Below, in pieces: positions 35,761 through 48,070 of a stretch of 64,000 bases of DNA (positions within the stretch are counted from its first letter, which is position 1; each line of letters begins with the position of its first letter). The translations under genes were made by a program, and so were the position numbers. Source of the stretch: Camelus ferus (taxonomy: Eukaryota); the NCBI RefSeq assembly GCF_009834535.1, contig NC_045696.1:109990001-110054000 (forward strand). Reading direction: 5' to 3'. Under the pieces are notes generated by a model, which was given only the letters and a program-made list of their open reading frames with translations, had not been told where the DNA came from and ran no database searches.

Positions 35761-36299
35761 TGTGACTCTGGTCGATTGCAAAAATGGCTGCAGTTCTTCC
35801 CTTCACAGTATCTGCCCCCCTTGCACGCCACTTTGAAGCTCTTCCCATTATGAGGTGACGTTTATTTCCCCACCTCTTTAATCTGGGATGCTGTGTGACT
35901 GGCTTTGCCCGACAGAATGAGGTGGAAGTGACAGTGTGCCAGCTCTGAGGGTGGACTTCCAGAGGTCTTGTACATTTCTGTTTGTCTCTTGGACACCTGC
36001 TCAGTGTCCATGCAAACAAGCCTGCACTTGCCTGCTGGAGCCTGTGAGACGATAGGGAGCAGAGATGAGCAGTCCCAAATGAGGCCATCCCAGATCAGCC
36101 AGCCCCGCTGACCCACTTGGTAGCTGGGCACTAAGGCGTGAATGAGTCCAGCCAAAACTAGAAGAACCGCTCAGCAGAGTCCAGCTATGCAGCTGACTGA
36201 CAGGACTGTGAACTAAATAAATGATGGTTGTTTTAAATTATTAAGTTTTCTTTCTGGAGGGGGGAGGGGGGTTATCATGCAGCAAAGCCTACTGATATA
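35761..36299 (+). mobile_element. MaLR LTR (MLT1H-like), near full length
   Basis: AAAAATGGCTGCAGTTC...TTTATTTCCCCACC...GTGACTGGCTTTG...AAATAAATGATGGTTGTTTTAA...CTACTGATATA. Confidence 0.85.
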
Positions 36300-36819
36300 G
36301 ATCCCTTTACTCCTGTCTGCAGGAATGTTTATTGAATTGGGCCTCTCAGAGCAAAAGGACCATTTCCCACTTAGCTCTGTACAGTACCTAGATGAGTAAC
36401 TTCATAGAAATTTAGAACAAAAATGATTCTCTTGAGGGGAATAGGGAAACGGGAAAAATGGATGAAAATTTGATTTCCACTTTCCCTCTACACTCAGCCC
36501 ACCCCAATCTTTACAGCCTGTGATTAAGGAAATAAATAGAAATCCACAGGATGTAAGGCATGTCATTAATCAATTCTAGGATAGTATGGCACACAGCAGA
36601 AAATCCTCTCTTTACAAGAGATCTTCTCCTTACAAAAAAATGTACTAAGAAAGTTATCTGGGGACAGGGTGAAAACACTATAATTTCCCAAACCTCCTGC
36701 CTTCCCGGATTTTTGCTGTGCCATTTCTCTGCCACTGTCTTAGGGCCTTAACCTTGAGCCTGCCTCGGGCCTTCTGAAAGGCCTCAGCTCATCCATGCCT
36801 GCTCCAGGCTCTCTATGAC

Positions 36820-37149
36820 CAGTGCTGTTTTAAACCTTTCTTAGGCCCTAGACACTAGCTAACTTCTGGAGGCTCCACCTACGCCACATTTAACGGGTTA
36901 AAATGTGCCCGCATCCCACAATTTAATATAATTTATACAGAACTCTCAGGGTCAACTAGACCAGTTGGCATTATGTTATATATTATAGCCGGCTAACTAC
37001 ACATTTTAATGTTGACAGTCTTTTTTTCTGTATTTGGAGGGACTAATTTTGTTGTTGGTCTTCAGGTCTGAAACATTTTCCTGGGCTTCTGAAGAATTCA
37101 CCGGTTCTGGGCTCTGTGCCTACAGGTACCTAGCAGGCAAGTGGCCCTG
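36820..37149 (-). mobile_element. hAT-Tip100-like MITE (Arthur1-like)
   Basis: Minus strand starts CAGGGCCACTTGCC...TAGGCACAGAG...GAAAATGTTT; other end CAGTGCTG...TAGGCCCTAGACAC. Confidence 0.45.
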
Positions 37150-37929
37150 GCCTTGTCAATCCACCAGTAGTTATTTCCTGAGCACCGGTATCTACAAAGC
37201 ATTGTGCTGAAGTCTTATTCAAAGCCACTCACTGGGCAGCCATCTACCATGCCCAGCTACCGCACTACGTGCTCAGAACCAGGGCAAAGGCCTCTCAGCT
37301 CCTGCCCTTGAGGGCTCTGAGTGAGCCAAGCCTTGGCCCAGAACAAAGCAGATGGAAAGCATTGTGGAGTTAGGAGCTGCATCTGGGGCCTTTCCTTTAA
37401 TCCACCATAAGGGTGAGCAGAGGTCATTTGGGGCCATCACCACCTTCCACCTCTGGTGGCAAAGGGAGACTGGGCAGACAGCCCTAATTCCTACCGCAGC
37501 TGACCTTGGGCCAAGTCCTTACACTCCTTCCCTCCCAAAGCCAGGGTGGTCTCAGGACGGACATGGTGATCTCCAGGCTAAAGGCAGGACTTGGGAGTAA
37601 CTGGTGTCCCCAGACTCAGTGCTGACTTATGGGGGTGATGGTGGGGGTGGCTCAGAGGACAAAGTCCTTGCACTCAGCCCTGTGTTGAGGCAAAAGCTGT
37701 CAGAGTGTTCGGTGTGTGTTTAAGGTTCACCAGAACCTCACCAGGCCCTTGCAAAATATAAATATGCAAAATACATCATAGCCTCCACAAGCAAAAACAC
37801 TGACCATTCAAGTAGCTCCTGAGGTTCCAGCAATCATCAGGCCATTTAGAAGGTCTGGTTTTACGTAAGCCCCTCAGGTCTCTTTAAAGGTACTACTTTA
37901 AGGATCAACTCAAGTGCGATGTTTTACCT

Positions 37930-38075
37930 TAGCTTCTCAAACTTTCCTGTGCACTGGAATGCCCTGGGAATGGTGTTAAAATTCAAATTCTGACTCAGTA
38001 GGTCTGGGGTGGGACCCAAGAGTCTGCATCTCTAACAGTCTCTGTAAAGTCGATGTTGAACTACACTTTGAGCAG
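37930..38075. mobile_element. MER5-type MITE
   Basis: GCTTCTCAAACTTT...TTCTGACTCAGTAGGTCTGGGGTGGGACCCAAGAGTCTGCATCTCTAACA...ACACTTTGAG. Confidence 0.75.
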
Positions 38076-38722
38076 GGCTTATGTGGGATAGCCCCTTACA
38101 GTTTACCGAGCACCTCCACATCCTTTGTCTCACTTGATTAATTCACCATTTCTGTGAAGCATAGCATCCCCGTCTCACAAGTAGGGCCATAGGCTCTGAG
38201 TGGCTTGCCTAGAACCGCCAGCTAGTAAGTGGCAGAGCCGGCATGCTAACCAGGCTTCTGATTTCCAGTTTAGCATCACTGCCACTCACTCACAGCCCAA
38301 GACACTTTTCTTTTTACTTTTCTGTCCCGTGTCCTGTGAGGTCATCTGTCTCAAGGTTAAAGTCCAGAGTTAATTTCACCCTTTTCAAACCTTTGAGCTG
38401 ATACCCTGATCTTGCTTCTCATGCTATGTGGCAGCTGGGGAAGGGAAGAGTTTCAGAAGCGGTCTAGAGAGGGCTTGCAGTGGTTTTGTCTGAAACGATT
38501 ACGCCTGCTAGGAAACCAATCATGCTTGGAAACACTGCTTGGGGCCGTTAAAGGAATAGGCTTTCCATCAGGGTTTGCAGTCAGGGGGTTTCAAGGGGGC
38601 AGAGCCTGAGTCTCAGGTCTGCAGACTTGGTGACAGACTGCTGCCTTCTGTTCCAACAACAGTGAAAGACTGTGGAGCCGGCTGGCCACGGTCGTTCTGT
38701 GGAAACAGAGATATATTGAAGT

Positions 38723-38900
38723 GGGGAGGGTACAGGTCCGTGGTAAAGCACGTGCTTAGCATGCATGAGGTCATGGATTCAATCTCCAGGACCTCTGTTA
38801 AAAAAAATAAAATTAAATAAATAAACAAACAAACAACAGACCTAATTACCTTCCCCCACAGAAGGACAAACAAAAACTTCAAAAAAAATTTTTTTTAAAG
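38723..38900 (+). mobile_element. tRNA-derived SINE (vic-1-like)
   Basis: GGGGAGGGTACAG...GCTTAGCATGCATGAGGTC...ACCTAATTACC; TSD ATATTGAA on both sides. Confidence 0.9.
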
Positions 38901-39289
38901 TCATATTGAATTTGGGGGGAGTACCTATTCCACGTCAGCTGCTCAGCCAGGTGCTCTGCAGTCATCACCTCCAGTCCTACCAGCAAGGCTGGGAGGTAAG
39001 TTACAGTCGCCCGCCTCTACAGGTCAGGAAGCGGGGACTCAGCGTGGTAGCTGAGCGTGGGTGCTGCAGGCCGACTGAACACAGGGCTGAGTGTGCCTGC
39101 GGCGTGGGCTCTCGCCACCCTTCCACATGACCTCTGAAGCTGAAAGTCAGTGAAGGTAAAGGGCAGAGAGACCACCCCTGCCCTAACCCCGCAGCCCCTG
39201 GGCCAGGGAGGCAGGGCCCTCACCCTCTCCCACAGTTACCCCTTTGGAACCTCTGTTTTCTGATTGTGTTAGGCTACCATCTTTTCTCC

Positions 39290-39690
39290 TTTCGTATTAA
39301 AAAAATTCTTAATAAAAAGTTACAGGAATAGTAAGATGAACTTCTGAACCCTTCACATGGATTTACCAATAGTTAACTTTCGCTCCATTTCCGTGTACAT
39401 GTGTGAGAGAATACTACGTATTTTTTTCCTAACCATTTGAAACCATAAAATCTTTACTCTTAAAAACTAGGAACAAAGGCATTCTCTCATCCACAGTACG
39501 GCTATGATGAGGAATTTTAACAATGACAAAACTGCTGTCGAATAAATGACATATTCAAATTTTACCAATTGTCTCAATAATGTCCTTCACAGCAACTTTT
39601 TTTTTTTTTTTCTGATCTAGGGTTCAATCCAAGGTGCTTCAGTGTGTTTGCTTGTCACGTCCCTTTGGTCTCCTTTAATGTGGAGCTGTT
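39290..39690 (-). mobile_element. Old L1MC/ME 3' remnant
   Basis: AAAAGTTACAGGAATAGT...ATATTCAAATTTTACCAATTGTCTCAATAATGTCCTT...GTCTCCTTTAAT. Confidence 0.7.
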
Positions 39691-40459
39691 CCTCAGTCAG
39701 GCTGCTGCTGGGGGCCCAGCCCAAGTCCCTGGGAAGGAAGTCACCTGAATTCAGGAGATGCTGAGTGCACATCACTGAACCAGAGGGTACCATGCCGGCC
39801 TCTCCTGAGTCTGTCACATTTGCCACCTGCTCTGCTGATGCTCTGAGAGACATAAAGCCCCCAGCTTGGCAGGGCGAGCTGGGAATGATGCTGTTTACAG
39901 GAGCTGAAGCCCACTTTTGATGCAAGTGTCGAGCCTCCCCATCCCTGCCCCTGGGTGAGCCAGATGGCTCTTAAAGCAGCACTTCCTCTTGGCACCTCTT
40001 AATTTCTGAGGCATTTAGAGAGGGAGTTATGCTCTCAACAAACGCCCACCACTGCCCCCCCCCACCACTTAATAAAGCAGAGACAGTTCCTAATTTACCC
40101 TCCTTGCTTTTCTTTCTGGAATCCATGGTGGATTAAGAAGCCCCTAAATCGGGGGCAGCATGATGGGTTTTCAGTTAAGACAGTCAGTGAAGAATGTCAG
40201 ATTAGCCTTTGGCTCATCAAAGTTCCCTCACGATGACCTTTTCCATGAGGACTGCAAACGCCACACCTGTAACTGAATTCTTTGTCATTCTGGATTTTTT
40301 GGATTCTGGAATTTAAAAACCAGATCTCTAATCTCCTTAACCATTCAGGCTGCTTTGTATATTTTGTCTGAAAGTGATGAAAGATAAGAAAGAGTCTTCC
40401 TTTACGCTGCCTTGGCCGGTCCGCAAGAAGCAGTGGTCTTACTTGCTGACATAGCTTTT

Positions 40460-40594
40460 AACCTGCCAGAGTTAGTACGTAAAAATAGAGGACGGCCAGG
40501 TATCATGTGGAACATACTTATAATAAAAAATTGTTCGATGTTTATCTGAAATTCAAATTTAACTGAGCGTCCTGTATTTTCTCTGGCAATCCTA
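40460..40594. mobile_element. MER53 palindromic MITE with one arm partly deleted
   Basis: TGCCAGAGTTAG...AAAATAGAGGACG / ACATACTTATAATAAAAAATT...TGAAATTCAAATTTAACTGAGCGTCCTGTATTTTCTCTGGCAATCCTA. Confidence 0.8.
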
Positions 40595-40792
40595 AGTCTA
40601 GGGTCCCAGGATCACCTTTTTAAGCTTGCTGGGGACAATGTCACTACTGAGACTCAAGATAAGGGAGAAGACTCAACCATTTTACCACGTCCACGGCTAG
40701 CGAACAGACAGCCGTGTTGCCATATTAATGCTGGGCTGATTTGTGATGAATGAAACAACAAAGTAAATACTGGATCCAAGCAGTTTTCATGG

Positions 40793-41078
40793 TACAGATC
40801 CAAATTCGTTTTCTGTAACTTTGACTGAAAACAGAAGCTTTTAATTTAAGTCACTTGGCAGCAACATTCAACCTACATGATGTTTTATTGTCTTCATTTA
40901 ACTCAGTGTGAATTGTCATATTTTTTGCTACAGAAATATTTGTTTGATCATGGAAGGCTGCTCCAGACCCCTAGGGGTATTACATTATATGTGATAAACA
41001 TTATATTACCTATTAAAATGTGAAAAATTCTGAATTCTACAACTGACCTCAAAAGTTTCAAATAAAGAACTGTGGCAG
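40793..41078 (-). mobile_element. MER46C-like Tigger MITE
   Basis: TTGGCAGCAAC...GCTGCTCCAGACCCCTAGGGG...AAAATTCTGAATTC...ATAAAGAACTGTGG. Confidence 0.7.
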
Positions 41079-41113
41079 ATTTAAAAATTAATTGCCGGGA
41101 AAGACTTGAAAAC

Positions 41114-41385
41114 TGCTTGTCCAATATAGTAGCCATTAGCCAGATGTTGGTTACATTGAACATCTGAAATGTGTCTAGTCTGAATTGAGATGCACTGTTA
41201 CTGTAACACACACGACTGGATTTCAAAAACTTCATAGGAAAAATGAATATGAAATATAAGACTATACATTGAGATAACATTTTTAAAACATATTAGGTCA
41301 TATAAAATACATCATGAAAATTAATTTTCTTTTTTTTCTATTTTTAGAAATTTAGAATTACTTAAGTGAAAATTTAGAATTACAA
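41114..41385. mobile_element. MER33 hAT MITE
   Basis: TGTCCAATATAGTAGCCATTAGCCA...TGAAATGTGTCTAGTCTGAATTGAGATG...GGATTTCAAAAACTT. Confidence 0.75.
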
Positions 41386-42432
41386 TGCTTTAGAGAGTAT
41401 CTAAGTGTAAAACTATTTTCTACAGTTGGAGAAACTGGATGAGAAAGTGACTTGGGTCACGTGGGCAATTTGTTGCTGAGTCCAGGCTAAACCTTCGGTC
41501 TTCTGACTCCTGGCTTAGTGCTCGTTCAGCTTCCCCTCCAAAAGACCTAATTCCAGAAGGAAAATCCTCAAATGATGAGTCTGTCAGCATTCTTTGGGCT
41601 CTATATTTGACAGTGGATTTCTAAGACCAATTTTAGGGTTTGATTGACTATTGGTGGTTCTTGCTGATGGAAATAGGAAAATCAAACACCAACTTGCAAA
41701 CAATGGTTTCATGCACAACAGGATGAGACTTATGAGAAAATAAGAAAGATTTTTAGGTCACTTAGTTCCATTTGATGCAATATTTCTCAGCAGGTTCAGG
41801 ACAGGAGAGGCAGTGGAGTTTCACGCAGACTCTGATCACACCTAAGCTCCTTCATCAACTCTGTTGGGAGATGGGTCAGGGGTGGAAAGTCACACCTAGC
41901 AGGGAAGGTGGGGGATGTGCTTACTCTGGTGGACAAATGGTACAAACAAGGGCCCACTATCTTCAGAAAGCAGGCCTTCTAGACACAAGGTATTCAGAAG
42001 AAGATGCTAGCCACCCGGGGGAACGGAAGCACTGTTACAGTGGGAAGGGAATCACTTGTTCAGCAGTAACTACAATCCCCCTGACAGGGGGCAGTGGGAA
42101 AGGACCTCTTGCCCATCAGCATTCAGTATATTTGACCGAACTCAGGGAAAAACCAATCCCCGAGGGGAGCAGCACCAAGAACTCTGGGGGACCGAGCAAG
42201 CCACCAGTTAAGTGAAAGTAGATGCAGACCCCCTTGTGATATGTTGGAGCCAGGACTGGGAAGCTCTCAGGGGCTGCCATTCCCAGGCACTGTGCATTGG
42301 TAGGGCCCTGCCTCTCCCATCAGTCTAGAAGGAAACGTTCAAAGTCAAGAAGAAGAAGGAAGGAAGCCCATGAGATACTGCCTGGACAGGACTCTGTGTG
42401 GCCTTGATGGATCATCAAAAAACTAAATAAGT

Positions 42433-42590
42433 GGGGAAGGGTATATAGCTCAAAGCGGCAGTGTGCATGCTTATCATGCATGACATCCTGGGTTCAATCC
42501 TCAGTACCACCTCTAAAAAGTAAATAAATAAATCAATCTAAGTATCTCCCTCCCCCTATGCAACCCCCTCAAAAAACAAACAAACAAACA
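42433..42590 (+). mobile_element. tRNA-derived SINE (vic-1-like)
   Basis: GGGGAAGGGTATATAGCTC...CCTGGGTTCAATCC; TSD AAAACTAAAT on both sides. Confidence 0.9.
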
Positions 42591-42779
42591 AAACTAAATG
42601 AAAGTCAGCAGCCTCGTCCTCAGCATCCTGGAACCACCCAGAGCGAGCTGAGAAGGGTCCTGCATCTGGGAGCTGCTAAGATTTGAAGGCATGGAGGCCC
42701 CCGCTGTGCAGATCATTTTAGCTGCTTGAAAGCATCATTAGCTGCGTTTGCTCATTTGCACAAACTAGCTGGGAGTCTG

Positions 42780-42970
42780 GGAAGCACTGGGGTGGGGAGA
42801 ACTTGGCCTTGGAATCACGCAAGGCTGGAGTGGGATTTTACTTAACTGTGAAAAAGTTACTTAATCTCTCTGAGCCACAGTTTCTTCATTAGTAAGACAG
42901 ACAAGAAAATATGCCCCAGAGGGTTCCGGCAGGTGTAAGTGAGTTAAAGTTCTTGAAGAGTTAACTATTT
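42780..42970 (+). mobile_element. MIR SINE
   Basis: AAGTTACTTAATCTCTCTGAGCCACAGTTTCTTCAT core. Confidence 0.75.
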
Positions 42971-43662
42971 GAAATATCTGTCTGGCTCTGAATTTACACT
43001 TGACCCTAAGTCCCCTCCCACAGAGTGCCAGCGAGCTGCCTGCCCTTCCTTCCTCTCTCTCTCCTGCCCTCATCCCTCCCCTCCTCTCTTCTCCAAAGCA
43101 GCACCAGAGAGGCTTGACAACCCACGACCTGCTGCAAAAGGAAGGAAGAGAGCATCCTGAAATGGCACATTTTGCCATTTAACTGATTTAATGAGTCTCA
43201 AATTGCCCACTTAGAAAATTTACAAAACACAGTGTATGATTTACAGCTTGACTAATAGTTAAAACCTGCAGTCAGCCAGGACATACACTATCACAGAAGA
43301 GACTCTTCACAGGGCACAGAGAGGGACCCTTTGAAGTAAGTACCCTCTCCCACCTCTGTCCTGCTCCCAGCACTTCTAATGTGGGGACAAGAAAGCGAAG
43401 GAAGATGCTGGAACCAGATTTGGTGTTCAGTTGGCTCTCACTAGGAAACATTAGCCATAATTTTCAAGTAATGGATAAAATCCAGGGCTTCTGATGAATG
43501 AAAAAAAGAAAGAGTATCTAATAGTCTGGATAGCACTATGCCCACTTGATAGGAAAAAAAAGACACATCTATTATTCATTCTATTAGGGAGACACTCTTT
43601 AACCTATAAGAAAATACATACATATTTGATTTCTTCTACCTGTATGTTTCTTTCTAGACCAG

Positions 43663-45133
43663 TTTGTTTTTTAAATTGAAGTATAGTCAATTTACAATGT
43701 TGTGTTAATTTCTGGTGTACAGCATAGTGATTCATTTATATATATATTTATATTCCGTTTCATAGTCTTTCTCATTATAGGCCATTATAAGATACTGAAT
43801 ATAGGTCCCTGTGCTATACAGTAGGTCTTTGTTGTTCATTTATTTTATATATAGTAGTTAGAATCTATGAATCCCAAGCTCCCAATTTATCACTCCACCC
43901 TCTCCTCCCCACCCTGATAAGCATACATTTGTTTTTTATGTCTGTGAGTCCATCTCTGTTTTATAAATAAGTCCATTTATGTCTTTTTTTCTTAAAGATC
44001 CTACATATAAGTGATATCATATGGTATTTTTCTTTCTTTTTCTGGCTTACTTACTTGGTATGACTATCTCAGGTCCATCCATGTTGTTGCAAATTTTGTT
44101 CTTTTTTATGGCTGAGTAGTATTCTATTGTATATGTACACCACAATTTCTTTATCCAGTCATTTGGATTGCTTCCATGTCTTGGCAATTGTAAACAGTGG
44201 TACTATGAACACTGGGGTTCATGTATCTTTTTGAATTAGAGTTCCCTCCAGATATATGCCCAGGAGTAGGACTGCTGTATCATAGGGTAAGTCTATTTTT
44301 AGTTTTTTAATGAATCTCAATTCTGTTTTCCATAATGGCTGCACCAAACTACATTCCTACTAACAGTGTAGGAGGGTTCCCTTTTCTCCACACCCTCTCT
44401 AGCATTTATCATTTGTGGACTTTTGAATGATGGCCATTCTGACTGGTGTGAGGTGATACCTCATTGTAGTTTTGATTTGCATTTCTCTGATAATTAGCAA
44501 TACTGAGTATTTTTTCATGTACCTATAGGCTATTTGTATGTCTTCATTGGAGAATTTCTTGTTTAGGTCTTCTGCCCATTTTTGGATTGGGTTGCTTGTG
44601 TTTTTTGTTATTAAGCTGTATGAGCTGTTTATATATTCTGAAAATTAAACCCTTGTCAGTCACATCATTTGAAAACATTTTCTCCCAACCCGTAGGTTTT
44701 TTCATTTTTTTTATGGTTTCCTTTTCTGTGCAAAAGCTTATAAACTTAATTAGGTCCCATTTGTTTATTTTTGCTCTGATTTCTACTGCCTGGGTAGACT
44801 GCCCTAGGAGAACATTGCTAAGATTTATGTCAGAAAATGTTTTGCCTATGTTTTCTTCTAAGAGGTTTATAGTGTCTTGTCTTATGTTTAAGTCTTTAAG
44901 CCATTTTGAGTTTATTTTTGTGAATAGTGTGTGGGAGTGTTGTAACTTCATTGATTTACATTGGTTGATTTGCATATGTTGAACCATCTTTGTGTCCCTG
45001 GGATAAATCCAACTTGATCATGCTGTATGATCTTTTTCATGTGTTGTTGGATTTTGTTTGCTAATATTTTGTTGAGAATTTTTGCATCTATATTCATCAA
45101 AGATACTGGCCTGTCATATTCTTTTTTGGTAGT
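43663..45133 (-). mobile_element. L1 (5'-truncated, internally deleted ORF2) with TSD
   Basis: 3' UTR, ORF2 C-terminus (CKSMKLQ...INSKWLKDLNIRQDTINLLEENIG), then RT segment ([19 protein letters not shown]...HDQVGFIPG); TSD TAGACCAG 43655-43662 / 45134-45141. Confidence 0.95.
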
Positions 45134-45138
45134 TAGAC

Positions 45139-45305
45139 CAGAGTTATTAACCTGGGGCTCATGGATGGGCTTAAAGGGGCTTGTAGCCCATTAAAATTAA
45201 GTCCAAAGTACATGTGTATGTGGTTTCCATGAAGAAGAGGTTTTTAATCAGTTCTCGGAGGGGCTGGTGACCCACTCCCAAATACACACACAATGATGAA
45301 CTACT
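45139..45305 (+). mobile_element. MER103C-like hAT-Charlie MITE
   Basis: CAGAGTTATTAACCTGGGGCTCATGGATGGGCTT...ATCAGTTCTCGGAGGGG...GTGACCC. Confidence 0.6.
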
Positions 45306-45372
45306 ATGCTGTAAACTACCGTGAGCCAGTTCCTTCTGCACTCCTTTTTGCTATAAGCAAAGTCACTTTAAT

Positions 45373-45575
45373 CCTGTGGTTCTCAAGGTGCTGCTGACAT
45401 CTAGGGCTGGGCGAGTCATGAGTGGGTAAGACTATTCCACTTGCTTTAATATGTTCAACATCCCTGGTACCTGCCCATTAAATGCCAGTATCACTCCTAG
45501 TCATTGTGACAAACAAAACTGATCACACACATTTTTAAATCCCCCTTAGAGGGCAGTACCTCCCCTGGTTGGTAC
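45373..45575 (-). mobile_element. MER20-type hAT MITE
   Basis: GTGGTTCTCAA...CATCCCTGG...AATGCCAGTA...TTGTGACAAACAAAA...CCCCTTAGAGGGCAG. Confidence 0.75.
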
Positions 45576-47659
45576 GATTAAGTTCACCTTCCCTGCTTCT
45601 CTTTCTTCATCAGGAAAATGAAGGAGGTGGAAGGAGGACCTCTGGGGTCCTTTCCAGCTCTATGATTCAAGGATACCTCACACACAACACCACTTCTCTG
45701 AGTGTCATGCTTGTTCCTATTCACCTCACGATGCCGACAGCTGTTTGCTCCTTGGAGGGAAGTACAAGGTACCAAAAAAAGTACAGACCCATGGCCTGGT
45801 CCTAGACTTGGCCTTCCTGGGGTGAGCTGTGTGCCTCCAGGCAGTCCTGGAGCCTCCTTAGGCTGATGGCCATCAACTGTAAATGGGATGAGGTGATCTA
45901 GAGAGTCACTTCAGCTCTAAAGTTGCATGATTCTATGTGGTAATGAAAGTAGGGTCTATGGGATTTCCTGTGCCTCAAGGAAGTTCCCAGAAGTCTCCTT
46001 TCAGATATTATAACAAACTTCCTCTTTGGAAAAAAAGTGTATGGTGCTCCTACAAGGTTGTTAGATGCAGAGAACCCAGCATGCTCCTTCAATGCCCAAA
46101 GTGTTAGACCACACAAATCAGATGTCTAGTAAAGAAAAAAAAAAAAAAAAAAAAAAAACAGAAAAAGTCCTAGGGGAGGGGATACCCTGGTTGGGCTTAT
46201 TGATGAGATTCTGGGAGTGTGACGGCCTTAAGGGAAACTGTGAGGCACCAGGTTTAGGTGGTAACTACTCTCAGAGCTCCTGCAGTAGAGTAATGTCAGT
46301 GCATTTGATTATGATGCATTAATTTTGCCAATAGCTGCTGATTATTTGTTCACCTCCTTACAACCAAGCATTTGAAGTCTTTGAAGACAGGTTGCATAGG
46401 ACTCATCTTTGCCACCTTGGAGCATACCTAGCCCGGAGCCTGACACACAGCAAGGATTCAGATAAATGAATGCACAGGAATAAGGCTGGCCTGTGCACTA
46501 GAGGGAAGAAATGACAAAAACAAGCCCGGCTGGCTTCTAGGTGGGGCTGGCCCATGATGGCCTGTGAATGCAGCCTTCCAGTTCTGTCTCCGCTGTCTCT
46601 CAGCGGGGTCAGAGCAGCGCCCGGTGTGTTAATCACTCTCTCCCTGCAAATGAGACACTTCCTGAACTCACACACTAGCTAGGCGGTCCTGTGAAGTCAA
46701 AGGAACCATACTGTTAATTCCTGCTGTCCCCCTCTCTTTCATGAACAGCATCTAATGGGCAGAAAGATCTTCTACATTTTCCTCTAGAGATTTAAGAAAT
46801 TATTTCCAACCAATCACTTCTGAATTGCTGAATTCGAAATATATTGAAAAATGGCAGCCCCGCAGTAGGGACATTTGTGGGCCTTGTGGGAGAGGTTTTG
46901 AACAGAGTATTCAGTGGGTAAAAGCTAGTATTTTCTAATGACAATATGATATAGTTGATCCAACTCCTCAGACAATTTTCCTCTGCAGGGCAGGAAGCCC
47001 TGACTATTTCCTGGTCTCCTTCCTGTTTCCTGGTTTTAACCCTTCGACGGTAGAACTCTTGACCTTCTCCCTCAGTCAGTGAGCTCGCTCTTGCCTGGTT
47101 TCTACAAGTCTCCTTTTTGGCCCCTGGGGGATGGTGAGGGTGGTATGGGGTAAGGGAAAAGTGCAGGCAAGACTGCCAGAGCCGGGCTGTGTGAGCATCT
47201 GAAGTGACTAGGAGTGGGAAAAACCAGAGTCGCAGAAGGTGGTGTCCGGCAGTGGTTCAAAGGTTAGAACAGTGCTTGTTTGAAGATGATGGCTTAGCAG
47301 TGGCTTCAGTTCCTCTGACTCCATTTACTAGCCCCTCTGCTCAAGCTGCTCCAAGGTTATGACTCTTCTTAACAGAGCTATGTGACTGGGGAGGCTAGAG
47401 AATTGTGTATGTTCATATGGGGCCATTCTTCAACCAGGAGAAATTCCTATCAGCAGAAATTGGCTAATAGGACCGAGAAACTAAACACCGCAGTCACATC
47501 GAACTACCAAAGTCTTCTTGAGAGCAGAAGCTGCCCATGACACCTGCCTATTTCGGGGCAGGCCTCAGAACGTCTTTTCTTGTGTATTAGGACCAGTAGC
47601 TCCTGTCTCCAACCCAGCTTCACCAGCCAAAAGCAGCAGCGGGTAGAGAAAACACAGGC

Positions 47660-47800
47660 TTGAGAGGAAGATCTGGGTTTGAGTTTTACATCTGCCTCTG
47701 CAAACTAGCTCTGTGACCTTGGGCAAGTCACAGACTATTAGGGTTTGAGTTTCTTCTCTAAACAAAGGCACTCCAGATTTCAAGGTCCTTTAGAATCTTA
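47660..47800 (+). mobile_element. MIR SINE
   Basis: CTGGGTTTGAG...ACTAGCTCTGTGACCTTGGGCAAGTCAC. Confidence 0.7.
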
Positions 47801-47801
47801 A

Positions 47802-48070
47802 ATTCATTCAAAAATATTTATTGAGTACCTACTATATGTCAGGTACTTTTCAGGTGCGAGGGATACAGCAGTAAACACAAAAGACTAAAATCCCTGTCCT
47901 CATGCAGCTTATGTTATAATGGAGGGAGCTTGATAATAAAGGTAAGTAAGTCCATTATATTGTAGTTTAGAAGGTGATCAATATTATGGGATGAAACAGA
48001 GCAGAGTAGGTAAAGGAGGACCAGAAATGCTGAAGTCAGGGGCTGGGGGAGAGGTGAAGTCGCAAATTTT
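47802..48070 (-). mobile_element. L2a 3' end
   Basis: TTCATTCAAAAATATTTATTGAGTACCTACTATATGTCAGG...GGGATACAGCAGTAAAC. Confidence 0.85.

Noticed and set aside
44544..44987. 147-aa ORF as a functional gene
   Set aside because: An L1 ORF2 C-terminal remnant fused out of frame across the deletion junction.
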